A stretch of 64,000 nucleotides of DNA from a virus. Its lineage: Duplodnaviria; Caudoviricetes. Under the pieces are notes generated by a model. The model made no database searches and was not told where the DNA came from. It saw nothing but the letters and a program-made list of their open reading frames with translations. The DNA lies in IMG/VR virus record IMGVR_UViG_3300028591_000012, positions 40,298-104,297 of that record. One strand, written 5' to 3'. Every line of letters starts with the position of its first letter. Position 1 is the stretch's first letter. The position numbers were made by a program, and so were the translations under genes. Shown here piece by piece: positions 43,861 to 52,735 of this stretch.

Positions 43861-44559
43861 TACAACCTCCCTAAGAAACCTTTACAATTTTAAACCCATT
43901 AAAGAAGTCTATTGCTTCCTGACACTCTTCCTTTGTTTTATACTCAGAGAAGTAGCCGGTTTCAACATAGTCTTCTTTATCCGTATCCCATACACAGTAT
44001 CCTGCGCTGCACTTTTTGTGTCCATCTTCATCTTCAATTGTAATAAGTCTGCATTTAGGCTCTAACATATCAATCCTCCTCTTTTTCATCTTCAAAGAAA
44101 CCATATTCAATTTCTTTTAGATTCTTAAAAATTGTAATTTCTACATCTGCACCAGAGTCATTATTATCAATGCAGGCTTTAATAAAATCTGTCTTGTTAT
44201 TAAATTCTGTCTGACACTTATCTTCGTTTTGTTTCCATGCTTCACACCAATCACAATTACAGGAATTGCCAAATGTATGATACAATACAGCTCTGCCAGT
44301 GTGCCACGAGTTAGAAGTTGGCTCTTCACATCCAACAAGTTCTCCAGATGGATTAACCTCAAGAGTTTCGTAAGATACGTCGTTTACGTGACTTCTTACA
44401 GACCAATCTATGCAAAGGTCTCTTGTAATTTTCTTTTCTACTTCATTTCTGATCATAATATATCTCCTTATATTTGTTATTATACATTACTACAGTGCCA
44501 AAAATCGTCACTCAAATATTAACTTCTATTATATTACAATAAAGTTTCATAAGCAACGA

Positions 44560-44820
44560 TTAACTTACGTTGTCAACGATAAGGAAAGAGTCCTTACTCA
44601 ACCGTAAGTGACCTGCAAAGTTTACACTTTTTCCTCTTTTAAGATTAAGATTTTTGAGTATGTTATAAGTCTTTTTCTTTACAACACAGTCAATTTCAGC
44701 CCTCATTGAAAAGATGTCTTTTCTGAAAACCTCACCTCTTACTCTTACGACAGCTCCATTTTTGCGTTCTTTTATGTCCGTGATTTTGCCGGACACTTCC
44801 CAAATGTTACTTGAAATCAT
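44560..44820 (-). CDS. Small OB-fold/SSB-like protein
   Basis: NIWEVSGKI...GKSVNFAGHL pattern. Confidence 0.35.
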   Translation of the reverse strand: MISSNIWEVSGKITDIKERKNGAVVRVRGEVFRKDIFSMRAEIDCVVKKKTYNILKNLNLKRGKSVNFAGHLRLSKDSFLIVDNVS

Positions 44821-45868
44821 CTTACCTCCGCAATAAAAAAGCAGTCTGTTACGACTGCTTTAATCTTCTTCAATCATTCTTATTCCGTGAACAGGCTTTG
44901 GACATTCAAATTCTTTAAAGCAACTCCTACAGCAGAAACCGTATGGTATTTCTTCAAAACAGTACTTGCAGTAAACTTTAGGTTTGATATTTTCCATTCT
45001 TTTATCTTCCATCATTTTTCCTTCCTTGCTTTCATCATAGCATCAGCGTATTCATAAGCTAACTGAGATTGATACTCAGGTCTTGATATTTGATTTGCAG
45101 AAGTAATTCCGATAAGTGCTGCCATTGCAAATCTGTCTCTTAATTCAGGTGTTTTATTTTCAATGCTTTGTATAGCATTATTTAACCACGGTTCAAAAAC
45201 AATCATTTCCATAATTTACTCCTTATCAAATCCGATATACTTTTCAATCAAATCTTCGTTATCAAGATTTACAGGCGGTTCATTAGAATGTTTATCGTAG
45301 TAGTAAAAACCACAGTCAAGTTCCGGCGGATTGTTTACAACATTCAGAATTGTAATTGCTCTGTCCAATTCATTCTTATCAACTGCTTCTTTGATTTCAT
45401 CTTTGATATCTGGGTAAGAAAAAAACTTGTTGTTATTTACTTCCCAATACAATTCTGTAATGGCACAGTCGTATCCTTTTTCTTCTTTGATTTCTTCAAA
45501 CTGTTTTCTTGTCATATTTTACTCCTTAAAAACTCCAGTCATAAAATTTTTTCCATTGTCCAAGAGACACGTAACAGTTAGAGCCTGTCTCTCTCCAATC
45601 ACCATTTTTACGAAGAGTGATTTTCATTTCATCACCTTCAAATTCGCTTTCGTGAATGAGCCAGTTCTGATGACCCATACCACCTTCTTTTGTTTTGTCG
45701 TGTTCAGTCTTGTTTTCTTTTATCCACATTGTTTTGCCGGATTTAGAAACCCTTACAACTTGACACGGATTGGCATCTGAAAATAAGTGCATTGTACATT
45801 TGTCACCAACTTTAGGTGTTGCACTTGAACCCATATGTGTATACTCTTCAATTCTCATAAATTACTCC

Positions 45869-46504
45869 TTACTCACATTCGTAGACATCTGTGAATTCCC
45901 ACTTATGAATACTCACCCAATCAAGTTCTTCTGCCATTTCAAGAAGTTTGTCTATGTCAGTTTCTTCAGTTTTTAAAACTTCCTGGCAGAATTTGATAAC
46001 TTTTTCTTCAGGTGCATCCCAATCAGATTCCCAATCTAAATCGTCAGGTGCGTCGTAAATATCTATGACATACAAGTTTTCCATTAAAGGGTCATTAGTT
46101 TCGTAAAGACCACATCCACATTCCTCTGAGTCAAAAGTAATGTCGTAATCTTCTCCGAGATATTTTTCGCAGACTAAAACCCACATTCTCATCATAGAAC
46201 GCCAAGCTGTTTCCTGTTCAATATGAATGACATCATCAGCTTCAATTTCAAGCCAAGTTATCGAGCCGCGACAGGCAATTGATTCACCTTTATCTGTTGT
46301 AAAATCTTTTGTCATATTTCCTGCATTGTCAAACTCACATTTTGCAATACCTGAATTACCGACAACGTTTCCCAACCAATTATTACCGAATCCGTTTTTA
46401 CAATAATCTTTTGAAGTCCACTCTTTAATATTCTTAAAAAGTTCGTTTAATTTGTCTTTGTTGTTTGAGTTAATTATTATTCTTGTAGAACACCAATTAG
46501 GCAT
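45869..46504 (-). CDS. DUF1281/YubB ferredoxin-like protein
   Basis: MPNWC N-terminus, ETAW motif. Confidence 0.65.
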   Translation of the reverse strand: MPNWCSTRIIINSNNKDKLNELFKNIKEWTSKDYCKNGFGNNWLGNVVGNSGIAKCEFDNAGNMTKDFTTDKGESIACRGSITWLEIEADDVIHIEQETAWRSMMRMWVLVCEKYLGEDYDITFDSEECGCGLYETNDPLMENLYVIDIYDAPDDLDWESDWDAPEEKVIKFCQEVLKTEETDIDKLLEMAEELDWVSIHKWEFTDVYECE

Positions 46505-47669
46505 ATCAATCCTCCTTAAATAATTGCTTCGTCAATTAAAGTCCAACCACATTCAATTGAACGTTCTTCTAAAGTTTTTGTATCTACATTTTCGATACAC
46601 TCCTGTAACTGTCCGTCAGTAGGTTCGTGTTCATATTTTGTTTCTAAACGCAGTTCTTACATCCGCTACAGTCCATTCGATTTTGCATAATACTTCATTA
46701 TCATTCATAATTTTCTCCTTAGATAACTGTTTTGTAGTATTGAACTTTATCTTCATCATCAATGTAATCGAGATAAAACTTCTTTTTTATTTCTTCTTCA
46801 CAATATTTTGTTAGTTGACTTTTTGTGTAAAAGAACAATTCGATATCACTTTCTAATTGTAAGCAGAACATACACTTCATAATCAGTTCTCCCTTTTTAC
46901 GATAATCAAATTACCATTGCGTTCATCACAGACAATATCCACAATATCATCAAGCATTTTAGTCTGCTTGTTTTCAATAACGATGTCCTTATCCCAATCA
47001 GGATACATTCTTAACAGATCAAAAAAATCTCTTACTTTCATAGTTTACTCCTTGTTCATTTCTTCGAAGTATGAAATCCAACCGCCAGCTTCCTTAAGGT
47101 TTTCTTTCAAGTTCTCTTCATTCCAATAAGTGAAGCAGTAATATGCTTTTGCACACCCACGCTTACTTATCCAATAACTCACTTTGTCATTAAAGGCATT
47201 GTTTACTTTGGTAAGAACATAGTCACAAAAGATGTAATTGCCTTTACCATCTTCTTTCCAAGCTCCCATATAAATCTCCTTATTTATTTATTACTGTTTT
47301 AGCTTTTATAAAAAGCATTAAACTCTTTAGTCTGCTTTTCAAGTATGTTTTTATACATTATCAATACTCCTTAAATCTTCCGTAATCACAATTGAATACA
47401 TCAAAAGCAATCGTGTCATAATTAATGTTCAATCCCTGTCCAATTAAGTATTCAAGAATACACGAAAGTTCGTTTGTCTGTTCACCTTGCTCACTTAATT
47501 CTTCATACGCACTTTCAATTTCAAAGTTGATGTCTACATCACTTGGGTAATCAATTGAATAGATAGCGTCTAAGTTGTTGTTATCATCAGAATAGTAACT
47601 GACGATATTTTTATGAGTCATTTCCATAACATCTCCTTCCTGCTTATAAGCAAGCTGATAAACTCTCTC

Positions 47670-48420
47670 TGTAAATGCTCACACCGAATGGCAGTGTCTA
47701 TAACAATTTGATTTGAAACAGCAGCTCATCCAGGTATTCACTGGATGAGCTGCTGTCTTAATGAAATTCGGTTCTTGCATTTACACTCTGCTGACAGATA
47801 CTCATTACTTGTGGCAGTGACTATAATGGTTTGATTTAATACCTGCTTCATTCTGGATTTATCTCCAGACGGAAGCAGGTATGTATAAATCGTAAGTACC
47901 TTGTATCTGTAATTCTGCTAGGGAATACTCATAACTTATGGCAGTGTCTTTAAGGGTTTGATTAAGTCCTGAATTCCAGATGAATCTTTGTCATCTGGAA
48001 TTCAGGAAGCATAAATCGACAGTTCCTTGTATTCCCATTTCTGCTGACATACTCAAAACGATTGGTCGTAACTTTAATTCTTTGATATTAGACGCCGGCT
48101 GGCACCTTACTTAAGATGTAAAGCCGGCGTCAACATTAAATTGTTCGTTTCTTGTATGTTTATTTCGACTTGGTATACTTATTGCTCACGGTCTAACTAT
48201 AAAGGCTTGATTGAAGCCTCCTGGAGACAGGACTTTGACCTAGTCTCCAGGAGGGTGATATAAATTATAAGCACCTTGTATACCCGATTGACTGATACAC
48301 TCAAACATTACGGCCAGTTACTTTACATCTTTGATTAAGATGATCCAGCAGCAGTATGTTGTTTTACTGCTGCTGGATCATCGAATAAATTGTAATGTTC
48401 TTGTGTATAATTCCCTGACT
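47670..48420 (-). ncRNA. Array of six ~125-nt structured ncRNA units associated with the RT operon
   Basis: Unit left edges at 47670, 47794, 47921, 48046, 48172, 48295; shared motifs (+ strand) CTCA, CT(A/T)TA, TTGAT, AAAT, CTTG; covarying outer stems; a distinct central hairpin per unit. Confidence 0.9.
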
Positions 48421-48432
48421 AGAATGTTTGAT

Positions 48433-49308
48433 TTACCACTTTAATTCAAAGTGAGATTTAGCAACTGCAAGAGTAAGAACTGAAAGAAGAATATCCCATC
48501 TTCTGAATCTTGGCTCATAAGATACGATGTCACTAAATACTGAGTTCACGGCGTTCAATGATTCATCCATATCTTTGCAGTCAGGCAGAATCATTCCGTG
48601 AGTGCGGATAATGTTCTGAAGTGTGTAGTAAGCACCTGCACCTTTGAAACAGTTGAGCCAACGCTGTGGAATGTTAGTTCCATGAACGCACCATTTAGTA
48701 GAATTGATTACTCCAAGAAGCTGTTTATAAGATTCTGCATTGTTGATACGTCCACGGACATTGCTATAGGTTGAAGTCCAATAACAATTGTAACTGTCAA
48801 GTTCCATAAAGATTTTTTTCAAGTCGTCAAGTGTAAAGAACTCGAAACGAACATCTTTGCCTTTCAATCCTTTTCGCTCCAACTTGATGAGAAGTTCAAG
48901 CTCACGTTTTGTCTGCTTGAAAACATAAGTTGTGTTGTAACGTCCACGAACTGCGTGAGTCCAACCTTTCGGGTCTTTGAGTAAACGGAATGTTTGTGCG
49001 GTTATAAATCTGCGGAACAATTCTGGATTTCTTATAAAACCTCCTTTTGAAATTTCTTTAATGATTGGATCGTCATCATCAAAAAGCTCTTTGAGTGAGT
49101 TGTTAGTCTGTATAAGAGTTTGCAATTTATCAACATTTATTCCTGCTGACTTTAATGCTTCAAGACGTGCAGCGGTTCTATTTTCATTGCGAATTGTTTT
49201 AGGAATGAGATATGCAATCCCATCTTTGATATTTGTGTTTGAAATAGAATCTTTGTTTCCCAACATAAAATCTGAACCACAGTTTGGACAGCGAACTTCT
49301 AATGCCAT
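48433..49308 (-). CDS. RT-operon accessory protein (291 aa, N-terminal zinc ribbon)
   Basis: CPNCG; ELFRRFI and FKGAGAYYTLQNIIRTHG motifs; stop codon 12 nt from the array. Confidence 0.7.
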   Translation of the reverse strand: MALEVRCPNCGSDFMLGNKDSISNTNIKDGIAYLIPKTIRNENRTAARLEALKSAGINVDKLQTLIQTNNSLKELFDDDDPIIKEISKGGFIRNPELFRRFITAQTFRLLKDPKGWTHAVRGRYNTTYVFKQTKRELELLIKLERKGLKGKDVRFEFFTLDDLKKIFMELDSYNCYWTSTYSNVRGRINNAESYKQLLGVINSTKWCVHGTNIPQRWLNCFKGAGAYYTLQNIIRTHGMILPDCKDMDESLNAVNSVFSDIVSYEPRFRRWDILLSVLTLAVAKSHFELKW

Positions 49309-49320
49309 AATTATTTCTCC

Positions 49321-50058
49321 TTATAAAAATTGTTCTTTATAACTAAATTCTCCATAATACTTTTCTTCGTATTGTTTTCTCAAAGCAATAGCATCTGCTA
49401 AGTTATCGAAATAACCTACAGCTCTTTCCTTGCCATCGAATTTGAATCTAGTTTCCCATTTGTTCATTTGTGTAATAAACCTAACACCTTTTACACCTGA
49501 TTTATTTCGTGTATTAGGTCTTTGATTAAACATATTTTGTTGTTGTGTACAAACTCTTAGATTTGTTTTTCTATTGTCAGAAGGATTATGGTTTATATGG
49601 TCAACAACCAATTTTGTGTCTGTACAATCCATTAGGTATCTGTGTAATCTCAAACCTTTTCTTCCTTCATCAGTACGAGTCGCACTAACCACATACCCTC
49701 TTGAATTAACAGTCCAGCAATACTCTAAAACCTTATTTAAATCTTCAATATCAATGAAAAATTCTCTATCTTTAGCGTCATACATTTTTACAACATTTCC
49801 GTTTATCTCATATCTATTCTTTTTTATAGAACAGACTTTTTGATAACAACCGCAAGAAACTGTATTTCCACTTATTAGGTTAGATGTTCTTAATGTGATA
49901 ATTTGGCGTTCACTTTCTGGAAGTTCTTTTTGACAATCACAAACACAATACCAAAACCTAACTAAGCGTCCGCTTATATCTCTTGCAGATGGAGCTTTAC
50001 CGATAACTGTTAACCTACCGAACTTTGAGCCTGTTAAATCTTCATATTTTAATTTCAT
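49321..50058 (-). CDS. HNH homing endonuclease with AP2-like C-terminus
   Basis: DLTGSKFGRLTV, SCGC, VVDHINHNPSDNRKTNLRVCT, NKSGVKGV. Confidence 0.9.
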   Translation of the reverse strand: MKLKYEDLTGSKFGRLTVIGKAPSARDISGRLVRFWYCVCDCQKELPESERQIITLRTSNLISGNTVSCGCYQKVCSIKKNRYEINGNVVKMYDAKDREFFIDIEDLNKVLEYCWTVNSRGYVVSATRTDEGRKGLRLHRYLMDCTDTKLVVDHINHNPSDNRKTNLRVCTQQQNMFNQRPNTRNKSGVKGVRFITQMNKWETRFKFDGKERAVGYFDNLADAIALRKQYEEKYYGEFSYKEQFL

Positions 50059-50123
50059 TATATTACCTCTGCTAAAAACATAGGTTGAAATAAAACATAG
50101 CTTAAACAGTCAACGCGATAGGT

Positions 50124-50528
50124 CTATAAACAATCATTAGTAAACCATTTTTTGAAAAGGACTAACTTTGAGTCCTTGTTGCTCTGCCAATACCATTTAT
50201 CACCAAAATCCCACTTTTGATTGATAATCAAACCGAGTACGAATAATTCTAATTTTGCTCTCGCCACGTATCTACTTTCGTTTTCAGCAAGCTGTTTTGT
50301 ACTCAACTTTGGTTCATCAAATGCAAAGAAGTATTTTGAATCTGCTTTGGCACTAGGTACTGAATATTTATAGTTTTTGAACAACTCCAACAACTTTTCT
50401 TCAACATTGTCCGGCAGTTCAAAATCTATATCCACTAAAAAACCATTCAGTCGAACTTCTTTTTTCTTGAAGCTGATTCTGTATGGTTCACCGTCTTCTA
50501 CTCTCTTAATGAACTCCGTTACTGTCAT
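50124..50528 (-). CDS. RT-operon accessory protein (134 aa)
   Basis: Start overlaps the upstream stop (ATGA); YKYSVPS and WYWQS motifs. Confidence 0.65.
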   Translation of the reverse strand: MTVTEFIKRVEDGEPYRISFKKKEVRLNGFLVDIDFELPDNVEEKLLELFKNYKYSVPSAKADSKYFFAFDEPKLSTKQLAENESRYVARAKLELFVLGLIINQKWDFGDKWYWQSNKDSKLVLFKKWFTNDCL

Positions 50529-50725
50529 AAGTGTTCCTTTTGTTGTTTAGCCTTAATCCCTTTCCAACCACCGCTGATAATAGCTTCAAGTCCAAGTGGT
50601 TTAGTATGAATTGCTTTGCAAACCTTACACTTATCAAATTCTGTAATTGGACAATAACCTTGCTTTTTCCATTCACACAAACTTTGACGACCTTTTAACA
50701 ATTGTTCCCTTGTATATTTTCTCAT
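50525..50725 (-). CDS. RT-operon small Cys-rich protein (66 aa)
   Basis: ATGA overlap with the RT stop; C-x6-C-x6-C-x2-C. Confidence 0.5.
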   Translation of the reverse strand: MRKYTREQLLKGRQSLCEWKKQGYCPITEFDKCKVCKAIHTKPLGLEAIISGGWKGIKAKQQKEHL

Positions 50726-51966
50726 AAAGACCTCACCAAGTTATCGAACATATCTCTGTTCCCTAATGCTTTCTTTGCAGCATAAAGTGAGAGATAACCG
50801 TCAAGTTCTTTTGGAGTTCTCTGACGGTTTGTAGTTACGTTCTTACCCCTTCCACGAGTAACAACCCCATCTTTCTTTTCCAACTCAACACCAAGACCGC
50901 CTAAGTCAAATCTTTGTGTCTGACTTGCCCTTAAACAATCCATAACGTAGGTATTGAGTGTCTGAATGTCTGTAACATTATTGATGTAAGCAAGTACGCC
51001 TTTCGCCCAACAATACTGACCGTTATACAAATAGCGGTTTACTGAATGTACTGCCGACTTATAGGAGTTTGCTTTCTTACAACGACTAAAGATTTCTTTC
51101 TGAAAGTTCTTCAGCCGTTTCTTTGAGAGAGAGATTTCAGTTCCGCGAATCATAAACCCCAGGAATTTGAAGAATCTGTCTTTTGTGAGAACTTCAACTT
51201 TCTTTGGATTAAGAATGAGTTCCTTTTCGTTTAATCTGCGTTCAAGTATTTCCCGACCTTTTTCCCACTCGTTACCGATAATGAGAATGTCATCGGAATA
51301 CCGAACATAGTAAACGTCAAGATTTTTGATTTCTTCATCCATTTCATAAAGAACTGCATTAGCAAGAAAGGAAGCTACCGCACAACCTTGTTTAAGTGAC
51401 TGAAAATGTTCAATAACTTTTCCGTGTTCATCAATACAGAAGTCACATTCATAGTAACGTCTGAGAAGATTGATGACCGCAGATTTACCGACAATCTGTT
51501 CAACCTTATCAAATACTTCTTCAATGAATCGCAACGGAACGCTATCAAAGTATTTGGATAAGTCTGCCTTAATCCCGATTGTTTCAAGTTTACAGTCACT
51601 AATCTTGCTTACAACTTCACGAACAACCTTTCCGCAAGACAGACTAGTCTGATACGCTTTTGAACGTTCTGAGATTAAACTTCCGCAGAACTCAAACAAC
51701 ATATCGTTGATGATTTGAAGTATGATACGGTCAATGTTTTCATTGATGTACACTATACGAATACCGCCATCATCTTTAGGAATTGCCTGCTGATGTGGTG
51801 GAATGATACTGTACTCATTGTCACGTATCATCTTGTAAAGTTTTGTGAGAGTTGCCGGATTACAGTAATGCTCCAACTCTGAATATGGCATATCTTTATC
51901 TACCGCAATCTGAATGGCTTTCTCCCACCTTTCACGCTTGAACATTTCTTCCAAGAGTTTGTCCAT
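50722..51966 (-). CDS. Reverse transcriptase (414 aa, unclassified/UG-type)
   Basis: IPKDDGGIR, KADLSKYFDSV, LKQGCAVASFLAN, YVRYSDDILI, LNPKK, FKFLGF. Confidence 0.95.
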   Translation of the reverse strand: MDKLLEEMFKRERWEKAIQIAVDKDMPYSELEHYCNPATLTKLYKMIRDNEYSIIPPHQQAIPKDDGGIRIVYINENIDRIILQIINDMLFEFCGSLISERSKAYQTSLSCGKVVREVVSKISDCKLETIGIKADLSKYFDSVPLRFIEEVFDKVEQIVGKSAVINLLRRYYECDFCIDEHGKVIEHFQSLKQGCAVASFLANAVLYEMDEEIKNLDVYYVRYSDDILIIGNEWEKGREILERRLNEKELILNPKKVEVLTKDRFFKFLGFMIRGTEISLSKKRLKNFQKEIFSRCKKANSYKSAVHSVNRYLYNGQYCWAKGVLAYINNVTDIQTLNTYVMDCLRASQTQRFDLGGLGVELEKKDGVVTRGRGKNVTTNRQRTPKELDGYLSLYAAKKALGNRDMFDNLVRSL

Positions 51967-51970
51967 AATT

Positions 51971-52045
51971 ACTCCTTTCTGCTTAAGCAGATTTATAGTT
52001 TATTATAATAAACTATTATATTATTATTGTAAACAACAATAAACT
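51971..52045 (-). promoter_or_regulatory. RT operon 5' region: operator plus hairpin-RBS leader
   Basis: AGTTTA-TTATAA-TAAACT 51997-52014; palindrome TCTGCTTAAGCAGA 51978-51991 adjoining AAGGAG. Confidence 0.6.
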
Positions 52046-52071
52046 TACATAGGCATTAAAAAACCGCAGTA

Positions 52072-52410
52072 CTAAACTGCGGTCATACCAAGTCTTTCTC
52101 TTGTGGCGTCATAAATACCTTTCGGCTTAATGACTTCAATACAGTCTGCATAAACTTTCAAGCCCTTATGACCTGAAGAGTTTATGTCTACTTTCAAATG
52201 ACCGGTTATTAAAACAGTATCGCCTTTCTGTATAGACGTTTTAGCAATCTGTTTCTTATCAGTCATAATTGTGTTGAATACAGATTCTGCGTTAGTCACT
52301 ACACCGCCGAAATTGTGCGGACTTGTGATTGCAATTTTTGTGATGAAGGCTTCTGAATCTGCCATATAACAGTTCAAAACCTTTCCTTCGACTTCAACCT
52401 TATTTTTCAT
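52072..52410 (-). CDS. SSB-like OB-fold protein (paralog of 61800-62099)
   Basis: NKVEVEGKV...KGDTVLITGHLK...VYAD. Confidence 0.6.
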   Translation of the reverse strand: MKNKVEVEGKVLNCYMADSEAFITKIAITSPHNFGGVVTNAESVFNTIMTDKKQIAKTSIQKGDTVLITGHLKVDINSSGHKGLKVYADCIEVIKPKGIYDATRERLGMTAV

Positions 52411-52735
52411 CTGTTTTCTTCTCCTTTTTTGAATGTGGTTTTACTTCAAGATGTTCACAAATTACGACAACTTTAGACTTCTTCTGTCCATCTTCTTCAT
52501 AGAACTTCTGTTTAAGATGTCCTACAAGTCTTACACCGCTACCAACTTCAATACGATTTGCAAAGTCAGCAAAATTGCCATAACATTCGCACTCAAAAGC
52601 TGAAACCGAAGTTACGATTTTATCATCAGCGTCTTTGAAGACTCTGCTAGAAGTTACTGTGATAACTACTCCATTGTCGATTGATTCTTTTTTCTGAAGT
52701 TCACCTTCAAGAATTAAACAGTTTAATTGATTCAT
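52400..52735 (-). CDS. SSB-like OB-fold protein
   Basis: MNQLNCLILEGEL...GVRLVGHLKQ...SKVVVICEHLE; no acidic tail. Confidence 0.75.
   Translation of the reverse strand: MNQLNCLILEGELQKKESIDNGVVITVTSSRVFKDADDKIVTSVSAFECECYGNFADFANRIEVGSGVRLVGHLKQKFYEEDGQKKSKVVVICEHLEVKPHSKKEKKTDEK

Noticed and set aside
47718-48382. Array hairpins as stacked intrinsic terminators or REP elements
   Set aside because: No consistent U-tracts follow them, their sequences are unrelated to each other, and they sit in a fixed covarying scaffold.
47670-48420. CRISPR array interpretation
   Set aside because: No identical direct repeats, the variable parts are self-complementary hairpins, the period is ~125 nt, and there are no cas genes in the window.
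50722-51966. RT as part of a diversity-generating retroelement
   Set aside because: It has the QG motif rather than the DGR-type PIGN, no Avd-like gene is recognised, and no TR/VR pair differing at adenines is seen in the window.
50722-51966. RT as a group II intron or classical retron
   Set aside because: It is embedded in a translationally coupled operon with no intron domain V/VI flanks. It lacks the retron VTG and NAxxH motifs, and no single msr-msd lies upstream.
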